IMG/VR virus record: IMGVR_UViG_3300009553_000022
Location: 2,630-66,629 of that record
DNA: 64,000 bases
Origin: a virus
Direction: 5' to 3' (one strand)
Under the pieces are notes generated by a model, which had not been told where the DNA came from, did not search any database, and saw only the letters and a list, made by a program, of their open reading frames with translations. Position numbers and translations under genes: made by a program. The stretch's first letter is position 1. Every line of letters starts with the position of its first letter. Below, in pieces: positions 19,744 to 28,243 of the stretch.

Positions 19744-21117
19744 TTAGGATCCGGAGACTTTCTCCGAAATTGCAGGCGCCGATTTTTCCAAGCGAATCGT
19801 CGCGTACTGGATCAGGCCGTCGGCGCGTGTGAGTAAGTTTTCCGCCGAAAGGGTCATCGCCATGATCTCCTTTGCTTGCTTCTTGGTCGACTTGGCCTCG
19901 CGGGCTTGCTCCTTAGCTTCAGCCAGGATCCGCTTTTTCAGCTTCGGATCGCTAGTCTGATTTGCTTTCACGGTGCCAGACTGTAGCAGACCCTGTGCCA
20001 CGTTGTTTGACATGGCGACGTAGCTGTCCGCGAAAACTGCTTCCAACTTGGTTAGCGCGATGTCGCAGCAGCCCAAAACTTGATCGGGGGTTAAGACGTC
20101 TTTCAGCGCCTCAGCGACAAGCGCCGGCTCGTGAACTGACCGATCCCGCTTCCTGGCGCACGCCTTGATGACAACCTCCTGGCCAGGGGCGACCTCCACG
20201 CGAAGCACGCCGTTAGGTTCCGCCTGGGCTAACTCTAACGCTCTCGCCTTTATCCCACTCTTGCTCTCTTCCAGGAGAGTTTCGAGGCGGTCGAGGATGT
20301 AACACGCCTTGGCGACGTCTTCCGGCGTGTGAATTTCTATCGCGCTGAACGTCGACGGCATCGGCAGCGGCTCAGCCTTCTGAACTGCGACCGCTGCGGT
20401 CTGAACGAGTGCGGGACAACTCCCGGCCCGCGAACAAAAATCGCAATACGGATTGACGTTGAGCGTCGGGTTTGGTTGCTGCGCGCTGCGAATGACCCCT
20501 TGAACGGCTGTAAATATATCATATAACTCCTCCCGGCGAAAGCTGGCCGCGGTCGTTTTGTGCAGTTTCGGCTGCACGAACAGCACACCCAGCTTGCCGA
20601 GCTTCGGGAATTTGTGGAACGATCCGAGCGCGTACGCCTTGCCCTGGTAGTTGACTGCGGCAGGTGGTACGGGTATCCAACCGAACTTATGATCAATCAA
20701 GACGCCCGTCGTTCCATCCTTTAAAATGATCAAAACGTCGAGGTGCCCGGCTGTCAGCTCTTGTCCCGTCGGGTCCGGAACTGTCACCCTGATTTCGTTG
20801 TGGATCTCCTCCCAACCTGCCGCGATCCAACGGTCCATTTCCTTGCATGAGAATGCGAGGAGCGTGTAGTCCTCGTCACTGATCGCGAACTCCCCCGACT
20901 GACTTAATTCGTCCAACGCTGTCAGTGTACGCGTGTGCCGCCCCTCCTTCACACGATCGACCAAAACGTCGGCGAGTTCATGCAAACGGGTACCTTCTCG
21001 GGACGCCTCGGACTCGCCGTCGTTAGGCAAGTAGCCGGGACAAGCTGCATAGGCGTTGAGTTTCGACGGCCCGTAGCGGTGATGCGTTCGGGCGGCGTGG
21101 TTAGGTTGTTCGTTCAT
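19744..21117 (-). CDS. DUF2800 / Cas4-like PD-(D/E)XK exonuclease
   Basis: PSK...CPG, GTRLHE, GHLD..IDHKFG, Q..AYA, C..C...CP. Confidence 0.85.
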   Translation of the reverse strand: MNEQPNHAARTHHRYGPSKLNAYAACPGYLPNDGESEASREGTRLHELADVLVDRVKEGRHTRTLTALDELSQSGEFAISDEDYTLLAFSCKEMDRWIAAGWEEIHNEIRVTVPDPTGQELTAGHLDVLIILKDGTTGVLIDHKFGWIPVPPAAVNYQGKAYALGSFHKFPKLGKLGVLFVQPKLHKTTAASFRREELYDIFTAVQGVIRSAQQPNPTLNVNPYCDFCSRAGSCPALVQTAAVAVQKAEPLPMPSTFSAIEIHTPEDVAKACYILDRLETLLEESKSGIKARALELAQAEPNGVLRVEVAPGQEVVIKACARKRDRSVHEPALVAEALKDVLTPDQVLGCCDIALTKLEAVFADSYVAMSNNVAQGLLQSGTVKANQTSDPKLKKRILAEAKEQAREAKSTKKQAKEIMAMTLSAENLLTRADGLIQYATIRLEKSAPAISEKVSGS

Positions 21118-21331
21118 TTGAAATCACTGGATGAAAGCGCGACGCGTCGAGCTTGAACTCGATCTCCATGTTGTCGCCGTCCCCGCCGTGGATGACAGCG
21201 CCGCTCGTTACGCCCTTCACGCGGATTACCCATTTCCCGTCGCTATAACCCCACGCGGCGCCTTCGAGACTGGCGTACACTTGGATCTTGTGTGGCTTGG
21301 TAGGCAGTCCGTTGTCGTTGTGTGTTCTCAC
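21101..21331 (-). CDS. hypothetical protein
   Basis: GTGA overlap with the helicase stop. Confidence 0.5.
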   Translation of the reverse strand: MRTHNDNGLPTKPHKIQVYASLEGAAWGYSDGKWVIRVKGVTSGAVIHGGDGDNMEIEFKLDASRFHPVISNERTT

Positions 21332-22839
21332 GGTGTTAGGTCTCCGTCGTTGAGTAAGTCGATGCGGTCCGCCTTTGCGCGCACGTTCGTCGCGATGCTC
21401 TCCTCCTCGGTGCCGCGGAAGACCAAAAGGTATTGCTGACTGAAACCGCCGCCATCGCGGTTTACGCGACCAAAGCCCTGCTTCAGCAAGTCGGCGCGAT
21501 CAGGCGGCGAGAACAGGCTTACGCGTTCGGTCTGCTTGAAAGGGTCGTGGAAACCGATCCCGACGCCGCCAGCTGCGGTGTTGGCAACGAGCGCAGGCAG
21601 CCGGTTCCCTTGCATGTCCTTCTCGATGTGCCCGCGGTCTTCGGCGGACGTGTCGCCGTCGAGGATCGGGACCTCGCAACCGAGGGCCTTTGATAAGGCC
21701 GCGGCCAACTGCTTCGCGGTCTCGCGGTAGTTCACGAAGCACACCACGGGGCAGGATTGCGCGTAGTCGACGGCAAACTCCTTCATGTCCGGAACCTTCA
21801 GAAGTTCGAGGGCCTGGCGGGCGCGGATCAGCTTCTCCAGGGCGGTTGCCGCGTCGTCCTGCTGGGCTCGGCGCTGCTGGTACAACTCGGCGATCTCGCC
21901 GGCTAAGCGCCGGGCTTTGTCGGTCGGGTCCAGCAGCCGAGCGTCGATGATGGTCTTCGGGAAGCCCGGAATGTCGGCCTTGCGAAGGCGCGCCGCGCGC
22001 GCGGGAAACAGCGTGGAATTGAGATCCAGAATCGCCTGCCGCGCCTCCGCGGCGACGAGCGGGTCGTCAGAGTTCGCAGGGAATTGAAAGCCTCCGAACA
22101 CGCCGGGCTTTACGCCGTGCTTGAAGAGCCACCACTTGTAGTCGCTCAGACTGTGCAATCCGAGGGCGTACCCGAGGGCTTTGAGTTTCAGCGGTGAGTC
22201 GGCGGCCGTCGCCGACATCGTGTGGACGTATCGGAATTGCCGCTTAGCGGCGATCAGCATTTTGCTTTGCAGGCTAGTAGCGCCAGAGCACCGGTCTACC
22301 TCGTCGAAGATCGCCATCTCGTAGGCCTGCCCCCACTGCCAGCGGCTTCCCCTCGCGCACAAAACTTCGTGGCCAAAGGCGGACTCGGTTTCTCGCGGTC
22401 CCAAGGCCCACCGGCAGTTGTTGGGGCTGTACGCTTCGTCCTCGTCTTCCCGCGCGAGCCGTCGCGTCTCCTGAAACTTCGTCGAGCGCGCCCATTCCGC
22501 GAAAACCTCAAACTCTTTCCACTCGGCGCAGCATTGCAGTTGTATTTCTGCCCACGTCTCGGCGAGGGGCTTTTTGATGTAACGGCTAACACCCCGCGCG
22601 TCTTCGTAATTGATGATCTGGGCCGGGACTCCGACCCGCTCCGACCACTCTTCCCAGGAGGGGATCACGGACTTCGGGCAAAGAATCAGCGGCACGCAGT
22701 CGAGGGCTTGGGCAAGTGCTAACGCACACGGCGTCTTCCCGGTGCCTGTGTCGCTGGCGTCGAGGGCCGCGCGGTTCGTGCGGAGCACCTTCAGCAAGTG
22801 CTCGACGTGCGGCTTCTGATATTCGCGGAGGAAGTTCAA
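21328..22839 (-). CDS. SF2 (SNF2-like) helicase
   Basis: DTGTGKT, DEVD, SAT, GGVG, QGFGRVNR. Confidence 0.9.
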   Translation of the reverse strand: MNFLREYQKPHVEHLLKVLRTNRAALDASDTGTGKTPCALALAQALDCVPLILCPKSVIPSWEEWSERVGVPAQIINYEDARGVSRYIKKPLAETWAEIQLQCCAEWKEFEVFAEWARSTKFQETRRLAREDEDEAYSPNNCRWALGPRETESAFGHEVLCARGSRWQWGQAYEMAIFDEVDRCSGATSLQSKMLIAAKRQFRYVHTMSATAADSPLKLKALGYALGLHSLSDYKWWLFKHGVKPGVFGGFQFPANSDDPLVAAEARQAILDLNSTLFPARAARLRKADIPGFPKTIIDARLLDPTDKARRLAGEIAELYQQRRAQQDDAATALEKLIRARQALELLKVPDMKEFAVDYAQSCPVVCFVNYRETAKQLAAALSKALGCEVPILDGDTSAEDRGHIEKDMQGNRLPALVANTAAGGVGIGFHDPFKQTERVSLFSPPDRADLLKQGFGRVNRDGGGFSQQYLLVFRGTEEESIATNVRAKADRIDLLNDGDLTP

Positions 22840-23039
22840 CCGACCTCCTCGGCTCGGATTTCCTTGGCTCCGATGTCCAGCAGCTCCTGCGCACTGGAGA
22901 AAATCGCGGAAGGCAGATAGTCGTCCAGACGCGCTTTTCGGATCTCAACGACCGCTTCTCCGTAAACCTGTCGGACCCGGAAGAAGTCGGGAAGGCCGTA
23001 CTCAGATTCGGGGCCGAGCTTGAAATATCTCAGACTCAT
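22836..23039 (-). CDS. hypothetical protein
   Basis: Overlaps both neighbours. Confidence 0.5.
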   Translation of the reverse strand: MSLRYFKLGPESEYGLPDFFRVRQVYGEAVVEIRKARLDDYLPSAIFSSAQELLDIGAKEIRAEEVG

Positions 23040-23110
23040 GTCAGCGCAACAAAGAGCAGCATGCCGAGGCCGATCGCAGTGGCGGCCAACCACAGACGGA
23101 AAAATTTCAT
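23036..23110 (-). CDS. 24-aa single-TM peptide
   Basis: MKFFRLWLAATAIGLGMLLFVALT; ATGA overlaps at both ends. Confidence 0.55.
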   Translation of the reverse strand: MKFFRLWLAATAIGLGMLLFVALT

Positions 23111-23325
23111 TCGCCGAACACAGAGCCGCGGGGTTTGATGCCGACGAATCCGGCGACGGACGCGTCGAGGGTCTTGCGCCCTCCATTGTGTACCTCTGTC
23201 GCCGCCTCGATCCGCTCCATGACGAAGCGATCCAGGAGGGCCAGGAAATCGGCGCCGACGCGTTTACCCCGGGCCTTGGCACGGGCTTTAACTTTTGACA
23301 CGACTAGGAACTGTGGTTTTCTCAT
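23107..23325 (-). CDS. Bacterial-type histone-fold protein (in frame with the HNH gene)
   Basis: LVVSKVK...RVGADFLALLDRFV...GGRKTL resembles Bd0055/HBb-like histones; A-rich leader before the ATG. Confidence 0.65.
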   Translation of the reverse strand: MRKPQFLVVSKVKARAKARGKRVGADFLALLDRFVMERIEAATEVHNGGRKTLDASVAGFVGIKPRGSVFGE

Positions 23326-23847
23326 GCTATTTTTGGGTTTATTTTTGCGACTGCGGCGCGTGTTCTGCGCCTGCTCACAAAGTGGGATCCAGCAGCAGTT
23401 ATCTGGGCAGTAGTTTCCGTTGACCTCCCTGCGCTCTATGGTGAGGTCTTCCCGGAAACCGGACCCACGAGCCCACTGAGCGAAAGGAATGAATTCCTCC
23501 CACTCAGGGCAAATCGTGATCCCCCGGCCTCCGTAGCTGTGGAAATTAGGGTCCTTGGGGTTGCGGCAACGCTGCCGCATGTTGGTCCAAACCTTGTGCA
23601 GGGGCGTCTTTGTCTCGCCGTGAACGCGGAACCGGGTCGCGTTAAGCCGGCCTTTTTCTCGGGCGGCGCAGCCGCAAGACGTCGTATTGCCCGCGCGGAG
23701 GTTGTCGAACCTCGCCACAAATTCGGTTCCGCAGTCGCACCGCACTTGCCGGTAACGCGTGGGGAACTGCTGCCCGTGCGTGGCGCCGGGGCCTAGAATG
23801 ACAACCCGCCCGTAACGCTCGGGATCCGATGTTTGTCTAGGTCTCAC
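23107..23847 (-). CDS. HNH-like homing endonuclease, read through in frame into the histone-fold domain
   Basis: CDCG, SCGC, W..MRQRC, YGGRGITICPEW, IER..VNGNY.P.NC.W; GTG at +4 of promoter P3. Confidence 0.75.
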   Translation of the reverse strand: MRPRQTSDPERYGRVVILGPGATHGQQFPTRYRQVRCDCGTEFVARFDNLRAGNTTSCGCAAREKGRLNATRFRVHGETKTPLHKVWTNMRQRCRNPKDPNFHSYGGRGITICPEWEEFIPFAQWARGSGFREDLTIERREVNGNYCPDNCCWIPLCEQAQNTRRSRKNKPKNSMRKPQFLVVSKVKARAKARGKRVGADFLALLDRFVMERIEAATEVHNGGRKTLDASVAGFVGIKPRGSVFGE

Positions 23848-23876
23848 AGCGTCAGACATGAGCAGACGCCGTGCCA
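23845..23876 (-). promoter_or_regulatory. sigma-54 promoter P3, head of the replication operon
   Basis: TGGCACGGCGTCTGCT followed by CATGTCTGACGCTGTG. Confidence 0.8.
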
Positions 23877-23879
23877 CGT

Positions 23880-24120
23880 TTTGAGAACTTAGGGCACCCT
23901 TGAACTAGCCGGCCTGAACTTAGATCCTGGGGTTTTGCCGAAAAGAGTAGGCAAAAACAGAGAAGGGCCGCCGGGGTAAAAACCGCTTGATCTCCTTGTC
24001 AGACGTGGTTTACTACGGCCTGACAGTGTACCGAGTCACACTTTAAACATAATTCTGCGACCCGCGCAATAGCCCCGAAAACCGCTTAATTTTAACCGTA
24101 ACTTGCCGATTGAACTAGCG
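23880..24120. other. Candidate attP / regulatory intergenic region
   Basis: Non-coding, upstream of the integrase. GAACT(T)AG four times, AAAACCGCTT twice, imperfect hairpin at 23997-24025. Confidence 0.35.
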
Positions 24121-24123
24121 TAT

Positions 24124-24372
24124 ATGAGCCACCAACATACATGGGTCCTGGCGGTCCTGGAAGAGGGCCGCGTCAGCCAACACATCGAAATCCGGTCGTT
24201 CCCGTCCCGCCGCGAGGCGCTTCTCGCCCTGGGCAGTTACGGCGAGGCCTGGCCCGGAGAGTCGCAGCAACGGTTCCTAGACGCCGTAAACGGCGATCAA
24301 CTGGACGTTGCCGAAGTCGTCGCGGGGAACAACTTCACTCTGACCTGGACAATCAAATCGACCGCCCTATGA
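24124..24372 (+). CDS. hypothetical protein
   Basis: ATGA overlap with the integrase. Confidence 0.55.
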   Translation: MSHQHTWVLAVLEEGRVSQHIEIRSFPSRREALLALGSYGEAWPGESQQRFLDAVNGDQLDVAEVVAGNNFTLTWTIKSTAL

Positions 24373-25514
24373 GCAGCCGATGGGAAACAACCAAAGTGCC
24401 GGGCATCCGCCGCGACAAAGCGACTGGGATGCTTTACCTGAACAAGAGCGTCAACGGTCGAGTCTACGGCGAGAGCCTGAAGACGACGGACCTCGCGGTC
24501 GCGAAGCAGAAGTTTTTCGCACGCCTCGCGGAGCTGGCAAGCGAGCCCCGCCCGATAGCCCCGAAGCCCGAGCGGTATTCCCTGGGTGAGATCCTCGACA
24601 CTTACGCCGCCCGGCTCGACGCGGAGCACGGCTCCCTCGACCCGAAAACCATCAAGCGGAAGAAGTGGACGCTGTCGACGATCGTCTCGACCTGGGGCGA
24701 AGTGCCGGTCCTCAAGACCCGCGGCGTCGGTAGCTTCCGCAGTCTCCCCGCGAAGCGCGTCAGCTATGACGACCTCCTGGCGTGGCGGAAGCATTTCATC
24801 GACCCGAAGGGCGGCAACTTCAAGCCGTCGTATTTCAACCTCGTCCGCGATGTCCTCGAAGAGGTGTTTGACCTGGCTGTCGAGTTCGGGCAGATCCGCG
24901 AGAATCCCGTTTGTCGTCTCAGCGTCGCAGCGGTGCCCCGCGCGCATTACGTCCTGCCGACTGGTGAACAGTGGGCGGCGATGCTGGCCAAGATCGACAC
25001 GGCGACCGAGGTCGGTCAGAACTGCCGCGACTTGCTCGAAGGGCTGTCGTTGACGGGACTGCGGATCAGCGAGGCGTATGCTCTGCGCGTCGAGATGGTT
25101 GACCTGGAAGCCCGCGAGGTTCGCTTGCCGGCCGCGATTGTCAAAGGCCGTAACGGGCGAAGGAACGGACGGACGATCGATCTTATTCCCGAAGCTCACG
25201 CACTCATGACGCGGCTTGTCGCGACCGCTGGCCCGGACGGGCTGATCTTCAAAGCCGAGGGACGACGCACATTGACGCGCATCTGCAAGGAAGCTGGCTG
25301 GACAGCGAAATTTACTCTCCACTCGTGCCGACATTTCTTCGCGACGCGGATGCTTGAATCGGGCGTGCCGGTACAGACCGTTGCGGAATGGATGGGACAT
25401 CAGGACGGCGGCACGCTGCTACTGAAGACCTACACGCATCTTTGCCGGCGGCATGGGAAGGCGGCTGCGGCGAAGGTTACGATTTTCCCGGGCGAGAAGA
25501 AGGACGCAGTCTAA
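24369..25514 (+). CDS. int: Tyrosine recombinase / integrase
   Basis: TGLRISE, K, HSCRH, MGH, KTY catalytic residues. Confidence 0.92.
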   Translation: MSSRWETTKVPGIRRDKATGMLYLNKSVNGRVYGESLKTTDLAVAKQKFFARLAELASEPRPIAPKPERYSLGEILDTYAARLDAEHGSLDPKTIKRKKWTLSTIVSTWGEVPVLKTRGVGSFRSLPAKRVSYDDLLAWRKHFIDPKGGNFKPSYFNLVRDVLEEVFDLAVEFGQIRENPVCRLSVAAVPRAHYVLPTGEQWAAMLAKIDTATEVGQNCRDLLEGLSLTGLRISEAYALRVEMVDLEAREVRLPAAIVKGRNGRRNGRTIDLIPEAHALMTRLVATAGPDGLIFKAEGRRTLTRICKEAGWTAKFTLHSCRHFFATRMLESGVPVQTVAEWMGHQDGGTLLLKTYTHLCRRHGKAAAAKVTIFPGEKKDAV

Positions 25515-25710
25515 ACGCAAAGGTGCAGATCGCCGAGCAGTGGTCTGTCAACACGCTTAACTGTTCGGCAACTGGAACAGATCCCGCAGCGTTTCCCGTT
25601 ACGGTCTAGCAGCGCGCCTGCCGCCATACGTTCAAGCTCTTCAGGGTTTCAAGTTCCGTCGTGGTAAAACCCGCCCGCGTCGTTTAGTGTGGTAGACGGT
25701 CATTTCGCTT

Positions 25711-25932
25711 TTACGCGGGGTTCGAGTATCGGCCCAGGTCAATCTCCACGCGTTCGCGGACAGTGTCGCAATCCTTGTAAATTGCGGGGATCGACACGGT
25801 CATGCGAACATCCTCGCCGCACTCTGGCCAACCAGGGTAGTGGTCCTCGGCCGAAAGCGTCGCGTCCCACTTCTTTAGCAGTGCGGCCAGTTCGGCCCGG
25901 AATTCGATTTCAACTTGCTGTGATGTCTGCAT
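25711..25932 (-). CDS. hypothetical protein
   Basis: Downstream in the activator operon. Confidence 0.55.
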   Translation of the reverse strand: MQTSQQVEIEFRAELAALLKKWDATLSAEDHYPGWPECGEDVRMTVSIPAIYKDCDTVRERVEIDLGRYSNPA

Positions 25933-26269
25933 ATTTCTGAACGTCCTTCTTCCGCACTAAATACGGCCGGAATGGCTTCAACGAAGCGGTGCAGACTAGG
26001 CACTCCTCCCGTCGGCCTGTGGCTGAACCCTGTTCGTATTCTGGCGGCCCATCAAGAGAGCGGTGCTCCCGGCCCCTTCGGAATTTGTAATTGTCGACGA
26101 TCGCCATTCTCAAGCCGATCACGTACCCGGTGCCGGACTCGCACAGCGGCGTCGGCGAAGCCTGCCGGACACACCCCTGGCCGTGAACGTAGTCACTCAA
26201 AAAGCGTTCGGAGCAAGTCATGCCGTAGGCCGGCCCGTGTTCGATTTTCTGGCCAATGAAATAGTTCAA
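25910..26269 (-). CDS. hypothetical protein
   Basis: TTGA overlap with the activator stop. Confidence 0.5.
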   Translation of the reverse strand: MNYFIGQKIEHGPAYGMTCSERFLSDYVHGQGCVRQASPTPLCESGTGYVIGLRMAIVDNYKFRRGREHRSLDGPPEYEQGSATGRREECLVCTASLKPFRPYLVRKKDVQKYADITAS

Positions 26270-27153
26270 GCTACCTCCTTCAACGTAATCCCAAGAGCTG
26301 CCAGCTTCGCACGGCCCCCATCCCGGTTGACGCCCAGGGCCTCACTAAACTGCGTGACGTTCCCAGCCTCAGCCCAGACAGCCCGCAAGGCGGCCTCGTC
26401 GAGGCATGCGTCCGGTATGGTTCCCAGGAGCAGCAACCGCGACAGCCAGCCGAACAGCTCCCGACAGTTCCCTGTCCAGGGCCGCGTCTGCAGGTCGAGC
26501 AATATCTCCGGCGAGAGCACGGGAACCGGAAGCTTATGCCTCTTCGCTTCGGCTGCGAGGAACTGGGCCGCGAGGGCTCCCAGGTCTTCCGGCCGTTCCC
26601 GCAATGGTGGAATCTCCAGGGTGAAGGCGGCGAGGCGATGATAGAGGTCGGCGCGGAGCTTGCCGGACTTGATTGTGGCGGCTGGGTCGACATTCATCGC
26701 CGCGACGATCCGCACGTCGACAAATTCGTCTCGGTCGCTGCCCAGGGAGCGCACCCGACTATCCTGGAGGGTCCGCAAGAGCTTCGACTGCGCCTGAGCC
26801 GGCATCTCCGACAGCTCGTCGAGGAACAGCGTCCCGCCAGATGCCGCGCGGAACAGGCCCAGCCGCGACGTTACAGAGCCCGTATACGCGCCCCGCTGCG
26901 CGCCGAACAGCTCGCTTTCAATTAAATCGGCAGGAAGCGCCGCACAGTTCAGCGAAACCTTCGGCCCCGCGGCGCGGGGGCTATTGCCGTGGATCAGGTT
27001 CGCGAAGACCTCCTTGCCCGTCCCCGTCTCACCCAGGACGAGAACAGGGACATCAAATTTAGCGAGATGCACAGCCTTACGGGCAAGTGCCTGAATGGCC
27101 GGACTAGCAAAGATAGGGACCAAGCGAGTTTCATAAAGGTGCCGTCCTGGCAA
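26266..27153 (-). CDS. Sigma-54-dependent transcriptional activator (bEBP AAA+ plus Fis-type HTH, no sensor domain)
   Basis: GETGTGKE, LNCAA, ESELFG..RGAYTGS, GGTLFLDE, QSKLLR, RADLYHRL, PPLRER, WTGNCREL; C-terminal GNVTQFSEALGV..KL. Confidence 0.95.
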   Translation of the reverse strand: MPGRHLYETRLVPIFASPAIQALARKAVHLAKFDVPVLVLGETGTGKEVFANLIHGNSPRAAGPKVSLNCAALPADLIESELFGAQRGAYTGSVTSRLGLFRAASGGTLFLDELSEMPAQAQSKLLRTLQDSRVRSLGSDRDEFVDVRIVAAMNVDPAATIKSGKLRADLYHRLAAFTLEIPPLRERPEDLGALAAQFLAAEAKRHKLPVPVLSPEILLDLQTRPWTGNCRELFGWLSRLLLLGTIPDACLDEAALRAVWAEAGNVTQFSEALGVNRDGGRAKLAALGITLKEVA

Positions 27154-27162
27154 GGTTGATGG

Positions 27163-27327
27163 TTAAAGGACGACCTGCTCGCGGACCCGAACGCCGTGGC
27201 GCCGCAGGCTCTCCGACAGTTGGCTGGCGAAGGCATCGGCGTCCTGCCGGGTGTAAAACGTGCCACACTCCCCCCAACCGTCCCACCGGCCAGGGCCTAT
27301 TTTAGTCTCAACAACGTATTGCTTCAT
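27163..27327 (-). CDS. hypothetical 54-aa protein, first gene of the activator operon
   Basis: MKQYVVETK...; ATG just after a -10 element. Confidence 0.55.
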   Translation of the reverse strand: MKQYVVETKIGPGRWDGWGECGTFYTRQDADAFASQLSESLRRHGVRVREQVVL

Positions 27328-27334
27328 GCATGAC

Positions 27335-27415
27335 ACGGTAGCACCATGCACTACGTTGTCAAACGCACGAACACAAAACAATACATTGACAACTCCCGTG
27401 GGCAGCCGATAAACC
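27335..27415. promoter_or_regulatory. Divergent sigma-70 promoters
   Basis: Minus: TTGACA (27362-27357)-N16-TACCGT with TGn. Plus: TTGACA (27386-27391)-N18-TAAACC (weak -10) before ATG 27422. Confidence 0.55.
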
Positions 27416-27421
27416 TGTGGT

Positions 27422-27724
27422 ATGAAAAGCAGCGTACGACAAAAGCCTGACCAAAAAATAGATCGGACGAGACCCGAGCAGTTCGCGGTGCGAATCACGG
27501 ACAACCTGCGGTCGCGTGTCGAGGCCGTCGCCGCAGCCTTATCCAACGAAGCGCAAACGACTACCATATCCGACGTTGCCCGACGCTGTCTAGTCGGGCA
27601 TTTGCCGGTGCTGGAGCGTGAACTCGGGCTTGTTGAAAACCGGCCGCAGTCGGCGGAAACGGATACAACGCAGTGGGTCGCGGAAGCGAAAAAGCGCGCA
27701 ACTAAAGCCAATGCCAAAGTCTAA
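27422..27724 (+). CDS. Ribbon-helix-helix (Arc/CopG-like) regulator, candidate repressor
   Basis: EQFAVRI strand, then helices TDNLRSRVEAVA and TISDVARRCL. Confidence 0.65.
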   Translation: MKSSVRQKPDQKIDRTRPEQFAVRITDNLRSRVEAVAAALSNEAQTTTISDVARRCLVGHLPVLERELGLVENRPQSAETDTTQWVAEAKKRATKANAKV

Positions 27725-27744
27725 CGGGTGGGACAAAAGTAGAA

Positions 27745-28146
27745 TTGCAGAGGCACCGCGGGACGGTATGGATACGGTGCATGCAGATAATCGGCAACCA
27801 GTTTGAACTTTTTTGGGTGAGCGACTCGGACGGATCCGGCTGGACCCTTAGCCGGGCGCTACAAACGCACCTCGGGCTGTCGCATGTCAGCTCGTACGAG
27901 GATGTGCTGGCCGCGGTGCATCCCAGGGACCAGCGGCGCGTCCGGCAGCAACTCGAATCGGCCCGCAGCGCACGGGACGGCATTACGCTGAAGTTCAAGG
28001 TTTGGCTGCCAAGCAACCAGGTTTTTGCCCAGGCGAGGCTAGTCGGCTGGCCGCGGTTCATAAACGGGAATACCTTCCTGGGCCACATCGGTTTTTGGCG
28101 TATCAAACTCCCATCGGCCCCGCCCGATATCGGAGATCTCAACTAA
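27745..28146 (+). CDS. Stand-alone PAS-domain protein
   Basis: FWVSD.DG...S......LG......VHPRDQRRV...FKV...G..G matches a PAS_3-type pattern; start may be ATG 27781. Confidence 0.65.
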   Translation: MQRHRGTVWIRCMQIIGNQFELFWVSDSDGSGWTLSRALQTHLGLSHVSSYEDVLAAVHPRDQRRVRQQLESARSARDGITLKFKVWLPSNQVFAQARLVGWPRFINGNTFLGHIGFWRIKLPSAPPDIGDLN

Positions 28147-28178
28147 ATTGCCTTGCGCTGCACAGCTTTGTATCATCT

Positions 28179-28220
28179 TGTCAAACACAGTTTGACAACG
28201 TCGCACGCATGAACTATTCT
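28179..28220 (+). promoter_or_regulatory. sigma-70 promoter with palindromic operator
   Basis: TGTCAAACA-C-AGTTTGACA; TTGACA-N17-TATTCT. Confidence 0.75.
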
Positions 28221-28243
28221 CCGGGCGTCAGGAAAACAAAATT

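Noticed and set aside
19744-21117. Cas4-like gene as CRISPR evidence
   Set aside because: It is the standard DUF2800 nuclease of the phage PolA/helicase module; no array or other cas genes.
22380-22600. Intein in the helicase
   Set aside because: Too short, and no C1...HN-[CST] splicing termini are visible.
25715-25740. GGGTTCGAGT as a tRNA T-arm or attP core
   Set aside because: No closing stem or CCA, and it lies inside a small ORF; no tRNA was recognised in the window.
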